From the NCBI GenBank assembly GCA_963920595.1, contig OY986947.1, positions 1,364,001 through 1,428,000 on the forward strand: DNA of 64,000 bases. The letters run 5' to 3'. How positions within the stretch are numbered: position 1 is the stretch's first letter; each line of letters starts with the position of its first letter. Shown piece after piece: positions 36,925-59,145 of this stretch. The notes under the pieces are model-generated. The model saw nothing but the letters and a program-made list of their open reading frames with translations. It did no database searches and had not been told where the DNA came from. This DNA comes from Eimeria praecox (Eukaryota). The position numbers and the translations under genes are program-made.

Positions 36925-39456
36925 TGCAAATCACGTAGTATACTGCTTACTACAGCGGCTGATTCAATGATTGAGCTAGGTACAGCCACTTATGTAAGTC
37001 TGAGGTGTTGCAAGAGGCGTTGTTTTATTTATTTGCTGTGTAGATTCTGCGAATGTGAACAGGTACCTCACAGAGAAGGCTTACTGCGTGCCGAGAGTGC
37101 GTCTACTGACTAAAGCTGCACGTGCATGCAACGCAATGTATTTGGGAAGCCTCTGCGAGTTCAATATAATTCTATTCTCTGTCCCTAGACAGGGCTTATG
37201 CAGAGTTTGGGAGAACAAATGTACTTTGTGTTGAAATGGCTGCAGTTTGTCATGGCTGCGTTTGTTCAGGACTTGCCGCGTCATCTTGTCCCCAATGTTT
37301 ACACTACTTTAGTTCATAATCTTATCTTGGACTCGTGTGTGGAGGTATGTCTACGCACATCTCATGGAGTGTATGCACACGTCGGTTGTCCTTTTCTGCA
37401 CGGTGTACACAAGAGCGAAATCTCTAGCTGCATGTTCTTTGCTCACGGGCAGCGGCAGAATGGGCTCGTTGATTTGAATCTTCCTTTCACCCTTTAATTA
37501 TTTACAGTTTCCTGCATCTTACTTCTGTTCCCTTCGTGCTGTTTCTCCTGAAAATTGCACTTAGCTAAATCGTGCAACTGCAAATATATCCATCTGAATG
37601 CCTATCAAGCAGTGCTTTCTGGATGGATGCATGCATCGTAAGCTCCCCTCTGTTTTGTTACCCTGTAGGTTGTGGACTCGAAAGATGGCCATCTTCAGCT
37701 TCTCCCCAACAAATATTTTCTGCTGTGGGCTTGGAAAGATTTCGCGCTAGAGTTTGACGTCCGCATGCGGGCGACTCCTTTTTGACGGTGCAGCAGTGCC
37801 TCTCCATTGCAGCAATGCTGCATTCAGCCCACTGCGGGTGTTGAATGGATTTGTCTTTGACAACTGCAGGGATTTTCATGCTGCTCATGCTGCTTGTTGG
37901 GGCTGCATGCAGCGCAACACCCTTGGTGTTGATAGAGGGAAAGACTGTTTTGTAACAAAAGCCTTTTGACAGTCTCAATGACCATGCTTGGGAGTCCTGA
38001 GGCACCGCACTTGAGGAAACTATGCATGATATCTCACGCGGCGTCTCACATGCAATGTATAGTGACATTCGGGAGGAGCAATAGTATTATTTTGCTCCAT
38101 ACTTAACTTTTACTATCCTCGAAACGAAACAGACACGGAACGGTACCTCACAGAGTCCCTAGGCAATCGTTGTGCAACTAAGCAGCACCCGCTGGCTGGT
38201 GAAGAGTTTACACTAGTGCGTTTAGTTGGAGCCCTCCGCTTTTCCTCAAACAACCTGTTCAATCGGGATTACGACAGAGTAGACTGGCAAGCTGCTCATC
38301 AACCCAGGTGCCAGGAGTTGAACTGGCAGCAGCAGCATGAGTGTGTATCTTGAGGCCGCGCACACAGAGAACTGAGTTTCTGGGTTCCGGCTTTACCGTG
38401 GAGGGTTTAGCTTGTATTCAGGTTCTACGCTTTAGGCGGCACAACTGTGTTGTTCGCCATATAAACGCTAAAGGGCGCTTTCTTCTCCCAAGAGTTGCGT
38501 CGGCACTGAGCTCCTCGAAGCCAGGGCTCTGCTGATAAAACTACATAGCCAACATGCTCCGCCGGTGTAGCACTAGCAGATATGGCCTAGAGTGCTCATC
38601 GTGAGAATTCGAGAAGATGAATGCGAACAATCGAGATTATCACCGGCTACTCTAAGCCGACATTTGGGTATTGGCCATGCGAAAGCGCATGCAAACCGGG
38701 CATTAGCAAGCCGTCGAGAGCAGTTCATAAGAAGCAAGGAGAAGAATGGCAGTTCAAGCACACGGATTTAGGGGGTGAGGAAATATGTAGGTGGATATGC
38801 CCACTTATAAACCAATAAAACATGGCCGGCAGCTTGGTCCGTCTATCTATAGAATCAACGGAGGATTACTGCGGGGGATCTAAACCCTACGCGCTAGAGA
38901 TACAGACAGAAAGAAAGCTGTTGAATAGCGCAGGCAAGATCGATGTCGCCGCCTAAGGGGGCCACTAGCTTCTTGCCCCGTACGGTTCTAGTGTGGATTC
39001 TATATAGCGTACTCAAACTTATATTCCAATAGTATCGGAAGTTTATTGATAATCTCTAAGTACTCCATCAGCCGACGACGGCAAGTGGGATGGTGCGTTC
39101 CCGAATGCGTTGAGATGCACCACGGTACCGCATGCTTGCGGTGTAGAACTAGCTTAGAGAAATGTAGTACGGGAATTAATAACAATACAGTTGAAGGCTT
39201 ATCGGCCTTTAACCCACAGACGTGTTACAAATGAGCGTCTACTGAATAGAGCGCCCCCCACCTAAAGATGAGCTGCCTTGGCTTTGAGTTGCTGTTCAGC
39301 ACTCAGGAAACCGGAAACGAAGCTAAACAGAATTCAAGTTGAAACACAGATGGTTCTTGGGGTACATCGCATGCCTTAACGCCGGCTGGAACCAGCCACG
39401 TGCCTCGGCCACTGTCGAAATGAGATGATATGACACCTTTCCCCTCGCTTGAGCCG

Positions 39457-41772
39457 TTACTTCTTATGCTTCTTCTTTTCCTTCTTGTCCTTCTGCGCAA
39501 ATAGGCACACATCGATAATGCATCCCGTATATCTGGCGTTTCACCAAAGCAAAACGGCAGAATTAGTCGGTATCAACGCAAAAAACAGAGGCACAAATGC
39601 GGAAATCGCACTATTCAAACCTTAACACGGATATATCTCGACACATCAAGGCAAACCTAAAACAAGGTCGAGCATCAATTCCACATTTAAGGTCACAAAT
39701 CAGGGCTGCTAATTCAACTACTGGATCAAAGGCATGTGAGAACACAAACGACGCTTGCCCGTTTCAAGCCTCACCTTGTGCTTGTGCTTTCGCTTTTTAT
39801 CCTTTTTGCCGTCTTCTTCGTTCGATTCCCCACCACTGGCTTCACTTTCCTCATCATCCTCTTCGTCTTCAAAGTCTTCATCTGTATACCACAAATGCTC
39901 AAGATACAGGCGTTCTTATCTTCCATTCTATCTTTTATCGTCAGCATCATCTCCTTGCTATGTGTGCAATAGGGCCGGTAAGAGATTTCATTTCGCTAAC
40001 GAAAAATTGTCTCAAAGAGAAGGAATCTCCATCCTCTTATCGGGTTCAGTGATAGGGTTAGGGTTTAATACGATAGGTACCTGTTTCAGATTCTTCCTCT
40101 CCACCGTAGTCATCGTCATCTTCGTCGGTTTGTATTTCTGCTTCTTCCAGTCCACTTGTTCTTTGCGCATTTGACTTCTCCGCGTTCTTGATGCGAATTC
40201 CCCTTTGCGTCAAGAATTCCACTAAAGGCTGCACATACAAAACATAGGACGAAATACCGTGCAGCTAGAGCAGCAAGGTCCCCGTTGCTACTCACAAAAT
40301 AGATGCTTCCTCTTCACATCTCCTCCATATCTATTTCCTCAGCTGCCTCTGCGCTGTCCAATGCAGGGCGTGCAACCTAAATCAAAGCCTAGGGTTACGG
40401 GTGTCTATTTGCACCGTGTGTGCTGGCACCAAGTGCCTGAACCCGTGTGCTCTCCCTTACAGCGTATTCGTTACGGTCAATTGAAGTGAATTCATGTTCA
40501 ACTCCGCCTCGGCATGAAACCGTAAAGGCGAAGAAACGGTTGGTGGTGCTCGCACCCGTGCGGCTGAACTCCACACTAACCACGTCTTCGAATCTGAGAG
40601 AAAAACGGAGCGAAACCCACGCAATACAAAGGCAATGAACCAAATGATTGAAACAATCGAAGATAATACAATAAAAAAGGGTTGAAAGATGAAATACTAA
40701 GAAGTCGAACGGTGTGTGATATGCCCATATTGGTTGTCATATATATATATATATATATATATACACCACTATCTCTATCTCTATATATGCATGCTTCTAA
40801 ATTAAGTAAGCGTAAAAAGATACGATGTAGAAAGGCACGTCATGTACTTGCATGCAAACGTAGATGAATACAAATATACATCTTTGGTGCATTAGAACAT
40901 GCGCGAGTGCATGAAGCACAAGCATGCGCCCACGGGAGAAAAGCTATTGACACACCTGACAAATATAACGGGTTTGACTATGAATAAGAAAGAACGATTG
41001 AGGGGATAAAGGTGGCCGCTCTGTGCTCTGTAGCTGCACGTGATCCCGTATTGGTTTTTGACGCTCTTGAAGTCGCCAGGGACAATAACACTTTTTCCGA
41101 TTAAAGATTTGAGGATGCGAGTTATCACGTCAAAGGTCTTCCCTAGAAAGCAAAGATAAAAAGCGCAGCATAAAACAAACTCCCAGCCAAATCAAGGAGC
41201 CGCAAATGGAGTAGGAGCAAAAACAGCGAGAATACCAACAACAGTATGAAATAGTAAGCAACTATCGTCATACAGGCAACGGCAACATCCATCGTACGAA
41301 GTTCACCGAGATCAACACACCCAGGAACTAAGCATTAAAGGTGGAATTCGACGAAAAAGCAACAAAACCAACAGCAAGAACAGCAGCAATAGCAGCTACA
41401 ACACGAACAACAAGAGCAACCCACAAAGAAGTAATTGAACAACTCAGTACGATATAAATGCATATACATATGTACATGCATATAATATAACTATGTATCT
41501 ATGAGGCAAAAGACTATCCATAGAGAGGTACCTTCTAGTTGTTTCTCAAGGCCCTTTTCTTTGAGTTCCGCCTCCTCGAGATTCACCTCAACGGAAGTGA
41601 CATTCTCGCTATCAAATTGCATAACGACAAAAGGATAAGAAGTTTGCCCTTGGCGCATTGCATTGTCCAAAGATAAAATGAAATTCACATGAGGGGAATT
41701 CGGCCGAGGCACCAGAAACATCCTGCATAACAAAAGCAAACAAATACATAATCATATACCTATATCTATATA

Positions 41773-41860
<88 letters not shown>

Positions 41861-42323
41861 TATGTATGCATATAGATTTGCATAACCAATGCACCTGTCA
41901 ATATATAACGCCGTGGGTTTGTGTATATATTCTTGCGTATGTACTTGTATACACACATTTATAAATATACTTATATGTAATACAAATGCACTTTATAGGC
42001 ATGCATGCCGTTGGTAGAATTATGAGTCGATCGCATCAGTGTGTGTATTATAGACGAACAGCAGTGCGTTCTTATATACTGTGAAATATACGGAATGCGT
42101 GAAATATTGCAAATGCTTGATCATCATCGTGCGTATATCCAATAACTTGATTCACGGCAAGTAAATAAAGAAGAAAAGACCTAAGTATGCAAGTATATGA
42201 ATATATGCATGCATATACTTCACACAATGCAGAGTACTCTATCACCCCTATACTCAGAACATAGACAGGGTAAGACGTACTCCAACGCGTTCTGCAACTA
42301 GTGTGTGCATAGACATACATAAG

Positions 42324-42375
<52 letters not shown>

Positions 42376-42706
42376 TATTGACTGTGGTGTTTGCACATTA
42401 TATGCCTGTGCAGTGCACGAATAAACAAATTCCGAAATCCCTCATTTCCACCAACCTGTTGATATTGGTGTAGAGAATCGTGTAGTCGTAAGACTTTCCG
42501 TGGAATTTGAGGGCTCGTCTGCCGATATCAATTTCATATCTTCCTCTCGGTACTAAGAGAGGCACATCATTCAAAAGAGTAATACTTTCCATCTTCGTCT
42601 CTGCCACTCCGCTCTTCTTCACCAGCTTCTGAAGCCGCAACAGTCAACGATGAAGCGCAAACCCTTGAAACGTCAGCACGACTCAGCACTAATAATATAC
42701 AACAAT

Positions 42707-42775
<69 letters not shown>

Positions 42776-43930
42776 GCACAGAGAAGCGTTTGCTGTGTGC
42801 ACTGTGTATAAAGCTATAATTCGCCTTAGTACAGCAATGGTGTCAGGGATAAGAAAAGAGGATAATGAATAAAAAGTAAGAAGAACAATAAACTCATCAA
42901 GTGTTGTGTTCGCCGATGATTTATTTCGAGAAAATTAAAGAAAGGTTTTTGCAGCAGCAACAATCGTTTATTTGATTAGAAAACTGAACAGAGGTTTCTG
43001 CAACTAGAAGACAAGTTTAAATGGTTTAAATAATTAAAACTTTTTATGTCTACTCACTCTTTAACACGGCAATCCACTAACAAATAAACATTAAATAAAA
43101 CAAGTGGACAGACAAACTGCACCAAATTATATAAGTTTATGAATAAACTATTCTGTTTAAGTTCGCTACAAACCTCCTTCAAACTTTGCAGGTGACTGTC
43201 AGCTTCATCATCTCCTGTGGCTGGCTGGAAAAGACGAATTTCTAGCAGCATATCTTCAGTCTGATCTCTGAGAAAACAAAATAAATAAATAAATAAATAG
43301 TGTAAATACAAAGAGAATACAAATACAATAGAGAGATGTGCATGCAACACACAAAAAATATAAACAAACAATACACTTGAGTTCGAAAGAGCAACAAGCA
43401 GAAAAAAATGAAGAAAGCTGATTTATTAAATAAGATGCAATAACACAAACAAAGGGAAATAAACAATAAATTGTAGGCAATGAAGGAGAAACAACAAATA
43501 ACAAACAATAGAAAACAAGAAATGCCGCTACACAGCAGACAGAAGACAGGCGCACAAAACCTCTAGAAGCAGCAAGCTACCAACCCTACACCCTAAACAA
43601 GCTCTAAACCCTCAAAAACCCCTAAACCCCAATCGCCCCTTAAGCCCTTCCTAAACCCTAACCCCCCCCTAAACCCTAAACCCTCCCTAAACCCTAAACC
43701 CTCAAGCATCACCTGGTGTCGTCTTGAACTAACTCAATCGCCAAATCGTTCTTAGAAGGAGTCGTAACCTGTACAATATCTTGTGCATTTACTTCAAACG
43801 CCGGACAGCCGTTCACAGACATGTTCAAGTTGTTCCCTAAATACCAAACAACAACAAGGTGGAGATACACCATAAATTGCATTCTGTGGATCAATGTGTG
43901 TGTAGATAAATGCGTGCAGGTATATATACA

Positions 43931-43964
<34 letters not shown>

Positions 43965-44436
43965 CATATATATATAGACAGATAGAGAGAGAGATACATA
44001 CTTATACATACATATTGTATAGGAAGGCAGACAGACAGATAGGCATATAGATATATAGGAGGATATGTTTCTTAGACATGCAAGTTGACGAAGAAATGTG
44101 TTCTTCATTCAGATGAGAAATAAACAAATGTATATACTTCACGCAGAAACAAACAAAAAACAAATAAAAACAAGTATAAAATGCTTCACACAGATACAAA
44201 TAAATAAACAAACAAGAATACATGTATTTATTCAAGAAATAAATACAGTAGAAGACAAAACAATAAAAACATACGTGGCTGTTTATAACAGCAACCAAAG
44301 AAAGAAGCAAAATTAGACGAAGAAGAAAAATAGAAGACGCATGCAAAAAAAACAACATATTAGAGAGAAAGAAGAAACAAAGAACAAACATACAGATATT
44401 ATAGGAGAGAAAGACTGATAATATACAAAATAAAAC

Positions 44437-44470
<34 letters not shown>

Positions 44471-44597
44471 TAACCATCCATAGACACCTCCCCCCAATGC
44501 CAGCCAATGTGCGCGATATTTTTCAAGTGCAAATTCAACTTGAAATGTTCCTCAAAGTGACGACGGATGTCCTCGAAGTTCTGATAAACAAACATAT

Positions 44598-44676
<79 letters not shown>

Positions 44677-45582
44677 ATGAATACATGCATATGTATATGT
44701 TTCTACCTATATATCTATATCTACATCTATATCTATATCTATCTATCTATCTATATACATATATATATATATATTCATATATATTGATGTAGTAGTTCAT
44801 GCATGCATATACACAGATCTTACACACATAATAGCTGCTTTGCATAATATATCTACACTAGCATATATACAATATATATTGAGGAAAGCTGTGAAGAAGG
44901 CGACAAAGAAATTTAGATAAACAATTTCGGGGTTTGTTCGAGTATGTCTTCACAAGGGAAACGAACAGAGCACGTCGAACAAAACAGGAAACAAAAACAA
45001 AAACAGCAGCAGCAGCAGCAGCAGCTGCTGCTGCTGCTGCAGCAACAGGAAGCCGCAAAGGTAGCTGAAATGCTGTATTTTCTCACTTTTTTATGAAAGC
45101 CATCAAAGACAACGATGCTGTCGTTTTTATGGGGGCCCAAAACAACCTTAAGTTGATAATTATCAGCACCACAATGAATCCACTGTGCCTCAGCAATATC
45201 TGAGCTTTTGTACTGATAGACCTTCCCATTCTTTCTATTCTTCCACCCGAAAATCTCTCCACTCATTTTAAACAATCCCTGCGAAACAATTGCATCAAAT
45301 AACCCCAAAAAACCTGAAATAGACCTGAAATACACTACAGGTACGGTATGCTCTCCGGTGTATATGCAGATACCCAGAAAGCGCATCCAAACTCGCCTCA
45401 GCCTGCAGCACCAGGTGTATAGACAGCTGATTACACGAAAACAAATACACTTTATCTAGCAGAAAGAGTAAATTGCAACACTTCTTTCATATTCTTACAG
45501 GATCATTGCGTCCTAGCCCTCGAATATTCGCCACCGACACGACCGGCCCGCCCGGGCCGGCCGGCGGAGTACCTTGAGACAT
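39457..45582 (-). CDS. SSRP1: FACT complex subunit SSRP1/Pob3, 12 exons, acidic then Lys-rich tail, no HMG box
   Basis: Spliced peptides MSQG...NIRGLGRNDP|GLFKMSGEIFGWKN, GWHWG, PRGRYEIDI, FHGKSYDYTI, RQGQTSYPFVVMQF, CSYRAQSGHLYPL, FIVKP, VSVEFSR, FTSIDRNEY are diagnostic of SSRP1. Ends DEDFEDEEDDEES...KDKKEKKKHKK*. Confidence 0.96.
41777..41858. repeat. Compound (TC)n(TA)n(GA)n palindromic microsatellite in an SSRP1 intron
   Basis: About 13 TC, 13 TA and 15 GA units in direct succession. Confidence 0.95.
43582..43702 (+). repeat. Degenerate (AAACCCT)n array in an SSRP1 intron
   Basis: Multiple CCCTAAA units and variants just inside the minus-strand donor at ~43712. Confidence 0.9.
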
Positions 45583-46239
45583 TTTGGGTGTATATACAGT
45601 TCAGATTTCTTTTTATATAATGATACTGAAATGTTTTATCCTCATTAAATGCCCTCTCTACTCCTCTTCAGGCAGCATCGATGGGAGCCGGAGGTCGAGG
45701 GCTGCATGCATGCAGCAGGTTGAAGCAGTTGGGGGGGGTTTAGGACGAAAAATAGGGAAAAGAATTGCTTCAAATTTAATATATTAAGGGATTAAAAAAG
45801 AAAAAGAAGAAAAATATACAGACACTCCGTCGAACCCTCTGCCTTACTTGCATGCAGCAGCCAGGTGGTGATGCAGTGGGGTGGCAACCAGACAAGCTTC
45901 AGAAATCTTATGTAGTGAGTTTGTATAATCAACTTGATTTAAAATATACGATTTTATTTAAAATAATGTATTTTTCAAATACAAAATATCAATTTACACT
46001 GGCGGTGTGTCGAGAGGCTTAATATATTATCTTGGGGGCTGATCGCATTCAAGAGCAACCAGGCGGCGTATCCCCACAGCACGACTTGCATTTAGGATTA
46101 AAACAGCACAATTAACTCCTTCATGAAAAAATAATTAACAAAATAATATATATTTATACGTAAATATACATATACAAGTGTCTGTATTACTCAATTATAC
46201 GGGGGAGGAGTACAGCTAGTCGAATAGCTCCTCGAAAGT

Positions 46240-46309
46240 AGATGCTGACGATGGTGCTGCTGGCTGCACTTGGAGGCCTCATATCTGGTTTTCTTATGGT
46301 ATATGAGGA

Positions 46310-46340
<31 letters not shown>

Positions 46341-46895
46341 CTTCTGCTATTGCTGCTATTGCTGCTGTCCCTCCCTGTGCTGGTGTTGCTGCTGCCTACC
46401 CTGCAGCTGCTGCTGCTGCTGCTGTTGCTGCACCTGCTAGAATCATTCCCTTTGCTGCTGAACGTGAAACAGCAGCTGTTTCTGGGGCAACAGCACAGCT
46501 GCTGCTGCTTGCTTGCTGCTGCTGCTGCTTGCTTGCTGCTGCTGCTGCTTGCTTGCTGCTGCTGCTGCTTGCTTGCTGCTGCTGCTGCTGCTTGTTTGCT
46601 GCTGCTATTTCTAGTATTATTAGGACTTTGTGTTAAGAAAGAAGATGCAGTTTCTCGTACTAGTTAACAAAGAAGCAGGTACGACTAGAAGCAACATCAG
46701 AATTGTGTTTATTTTTATTAGAGAAAGACAGAAGAAGAGAAACAGGGTTTCTGTGTTAAGGTGGAATGTGTCTAACACTTAACATGAAACTCTTTCTTTA
46801 ATGTCCTCATGCTAATATCCGTTGCTGCTGCTGCTGCTGCTGCTGTTGCTGCTGCTGTTGCTGCTGCTGTTGCTAGTGCTGCTGCTGTTGTTGTA
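46240..46895. repeat. (CTG/CAG)n arrays, intergenic
   Basis: GCT-triplet runs at ~46310-46606 and ~46822-46892. Confidence 0.9.
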
Positions 46896-46948
46896 AACAA
46901 CAGCTCGGGAATAAACCCTGAGCCATAGCCCTGAAGGCTAGCCTAACC

Positions 46949-48045
46949 GTAAACCCTAAACCCTAAACCCTAGCCCTTTCGCCTGATTCCGTGGTAGTAG
47001 GTTCTTCTAGCAAAACAAAGTAGATTTCATAAAATGTTCAGAGCGCATGCAGATGATGAAGTTGTAGAAAATCAAACCCTATCAAAACCCTAAACCCTAA
47101 ACCCTAAATAAAGAAGCAGTGGCATTTGGGTTTCTGAACAAACCCTACTTTCTTCACAAGAATGCAAACCCGCGAATGCCTTCGTCATTCAAATCGAGGG
47201 TTTAGGGTTTAGGGTTTTAGGGTTTAGGGTTTAGTGGAGTTTGTCCTAAGGCTTCACCCTCTGGCGTTGTTTTTAATTAAATATATATTTTCTCCTTCCT
47301 TTTAAGCATAAAACAAATTTGTATTATCTTCAGAGAGATAGATCTCCTGCTATTCTCTTGAGATATGTTCCCTATGCATATTTAGGGTTTAGTAGGGTTT
47401 AGTAGGGTTTAGGGTTTAGGGTTTAGGGAGCGCCTCAGCAGAGTTCGATTCACTCAACAGATACATACAACATAACAATATATCTACGCTAACAGAGAAG
47501 TGCGGAAGTCATAGTTGATGTCAAATCGATGGAAAGAGATAACATCCACGAGAGAGGATTAGGGTTTAGGGTTGTTCAACCTCCCTGGGGTTTAGGGTTT
47601 AGGGGTTTTATACGAGAAAGTCTATACAATACAACAAAGTAGATTCTACTAGATTCTAAATGAGAAGCAGATTTGATGATGAAAGGTCTTTGCATGCTCG
47701 ATGCTGCAGAAGGAAAACCTAAGCACTCGCCCTTAAACCCTAAACCCTAAACCCCAATCCTAACCACAGGAGAGAGCCGCCAGGAGGGTCAAAGGACCTT
47801 TAAATGAACTACCTTGAGGCTTAAAGAGCAACAAGACGAAGAAAAACATAAACAGCATTTGCATAACAAATACGGTGTACATACACCTCAAGCATCAGAC
47901 AGTCTCTGTGTAGCTTTTGTCTCTGTTCCTTTGAAAAAGGCGCTGTACTGAGTATAAATACAAAGTTTACGTGGGGCCATATACCCTAAACCCTACACCG
48001 TAAACCCCAACCCCTAAACCCTAAACCCTAAACCCTAAACCCTAA
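46949..48045. repeat. Cluster of short telomere-like arrays in both orientations
   Basis: AAACCCT at ~46949-46974, 47086-47109, 47734-47763, 47983-48045; TTTAGGG at ~47198-47234, 47381-47428, 47558-47606. Confidence 0.95.
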
Positions 48046-48843
48046 GGCTCTACCGCTCGCGCGCATTCAGCCCCCTATGTGCCCCTGCAGACACTAAAGA
48101 AAGCTGATAAAGGACATGTTAAATAATATATTGCAGTTAAAAACACAGGTGGAGATATTAGACAAAGTAAGGGTTCTTGGGTTTTGTGTTCGTACAAAGA
48201 TATAGCGGTCCTGCAGCTAGCGGAAGGGGGGGGGGGGGGGGGGGGGGGGGAGGGGGGTTGCTGCTGTTTGTATGGGAAGCGGGGCACTTTGAGCTCGTGA
48301 AGGGGCGAAATTACAATAAATAACATGAAGAATTAGATACAAACAAATTTATTACTTATTATTCTGCTTTTTACTGCTAAGGGCCCGTCGCACGCCCAGT
48401 GCCGCAGCTACTGCTGCCTCGGCCCCCCTGCAGGGATACAGAACAAGATAATATGAAAGCAGCAAATAGACAGTTTTATTCCTTCTTTTTATGTTATTTA
48501 TGGGTATTTTCATCTTATTTACATAACTGGGTTCTCCTGCTATTGCTGCTCTTCGACCGAGCCGCTGTCTGCATGCACAAGACCTGCAGATACACCCCAG
48601 CAACTCCCTCCCGCTGTGACACTCGAATTACTCCTTCCCACGGTCTCTATCTCCTCTCTCTCCTCATGACAGCACCAGCAGAGTAGCCGCCTGTGCACAG
48701 AGGGGCCCCCCGTCCACCCCTTGGCCCCCTCTCTCCCTCTCTTCCCCCCCCCCCCCCCCCCCCCCACCAGCAGCGAGGGGTGACGTGGGGGCCCCTCAGC
48801 GGATCTGGGGCTAGGGGGCCCCGGGGGCCCCCCTCCAGCCAAG

Positions 48844-57619
<8,776 letters not shown>

Positions 57620-59145
57620 GCAGCAGATACACACAATTTTGCTGCTTCTGTTCCTGCCGCTGCTGCTGCTAATAGCAGCGCGGCGGCTGCTGCTGCCACA
57701 GCAGCAGCACCTGCTGCTGCAGCTGCAGCAGTACTTCGTCTGGAAAGAGAGAAACGTACCAAATAGACAGATACGAAGTATGTAGAGCACATACAGAATA
57801 TTTACTAAGGCTAAATCCTATATATATATATATATGTGTATAAGCATGCATATCATGTATTATTTTAATATATATATTTGGTGTAGCTCCATCCTTCTGC
57901 TGCTGTGGAGGCTACCGTACGCGACCTGCAGCTGCTCATACACCATGCGGCAGTTGCGTTATAGTTAATAGAAAGTGAATTTCGGGGGATCTGCAGTGAG
58001 CAGTCAATGAGTGCGAGGTGTATGTACATTTTATTTTTTGATTATTTGCAGTGAGTAGCCCCCCTCTTGATAGTGTCTATTTAGGAGTATGCAGACATCG
58101 GCAGTAGCTGAAAATATACAATACTACTAATTGCAATCTTCTCATTACACGTTCCCTAAAGATAAGCAGAACTACACAGATGCAAACACCTGCAGTGTCT
58201 GTTTGCTTCTTCTAGGAGGGGAGAAGGGGGGCCAACGGGGGGTCGGCGTAGGTAATCAGCAGGACTAGACAGCTTTTCCATATTGTACTATCCAGATAGT
58301 AATTATATTTCGTATTTTACGTAGTCTGTTATATTTGTTTTACTTTCCATCCATAAAAACGAGCGGTCGCCGGCCTGTGCAACTCGCGGTGACTGGCTGG
58401 GTTAGGGGGGGGGCGAGTGAAGAAGGATCATGCTTCGTAAATTTTCGGATTTGTTCGTGGAATCTGAAATAAATGATATTTAGGAGCTTCTCAACAAAAA
58501 CCTCCGTGAAATTAGAGACAAAAGGAGCATTTTCTGGAGTTCTTAGCGGCCGCGTCAGCTCCAGCCGACCCGTTCTGGTGTATACGGAGGCATACAACAA
58601 CAGGTTTGCAATCCGTGGAATCCTCCGCATATATGCGTTTTTATGAGTTGTTTCTTTCATGAATGTTCCTGAAATATAATTTCATTTACGAATATATGCT
58701 TATGGAGCAGCTTTCCGCTTTGCTCGCGAAGGATCTGAAGCGACCGATCAGCGACAGACAACAGACAGACCAAGGAAGCCGTGCCTCCCTTGCAGCAGCT
58801 TCCTCTAGAAACTCTTATCTGTAACCCTGGGACTTTGAGGTATTTAATACAAGATTGTCGAATTCTTTTCCCTCTAACTGTTCGTTTCTTGCTGTGATCA
58901 GCAGCAAGTGCCGCGTGTCGCCACTCTAGCGTGGCAAGCACCGCATGCGCTTTGTCAGTCTGCACGAAACAGATCCTTTCTTAGGGTGGAAAGTCTTACC
59001 TTGGCGGAGGTGTATATACACCCCAAATTCATCATCTGTCGCTGGCTCTGTTCCCTCGAGAGCTGCAGCGGCTTCGCCGCCAGTATTCATAATCTGAGGT
59101 GGTCGCTGCCAGCCATCGGCGTCTGCGTGCTGCATTATTCGGTGG

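Noticed and set aside
46242..46667. 141-aa Leu-rich ORF resembling a membrane protein
   Set aside because: Derived from CTG repeats, with no complex sequence.
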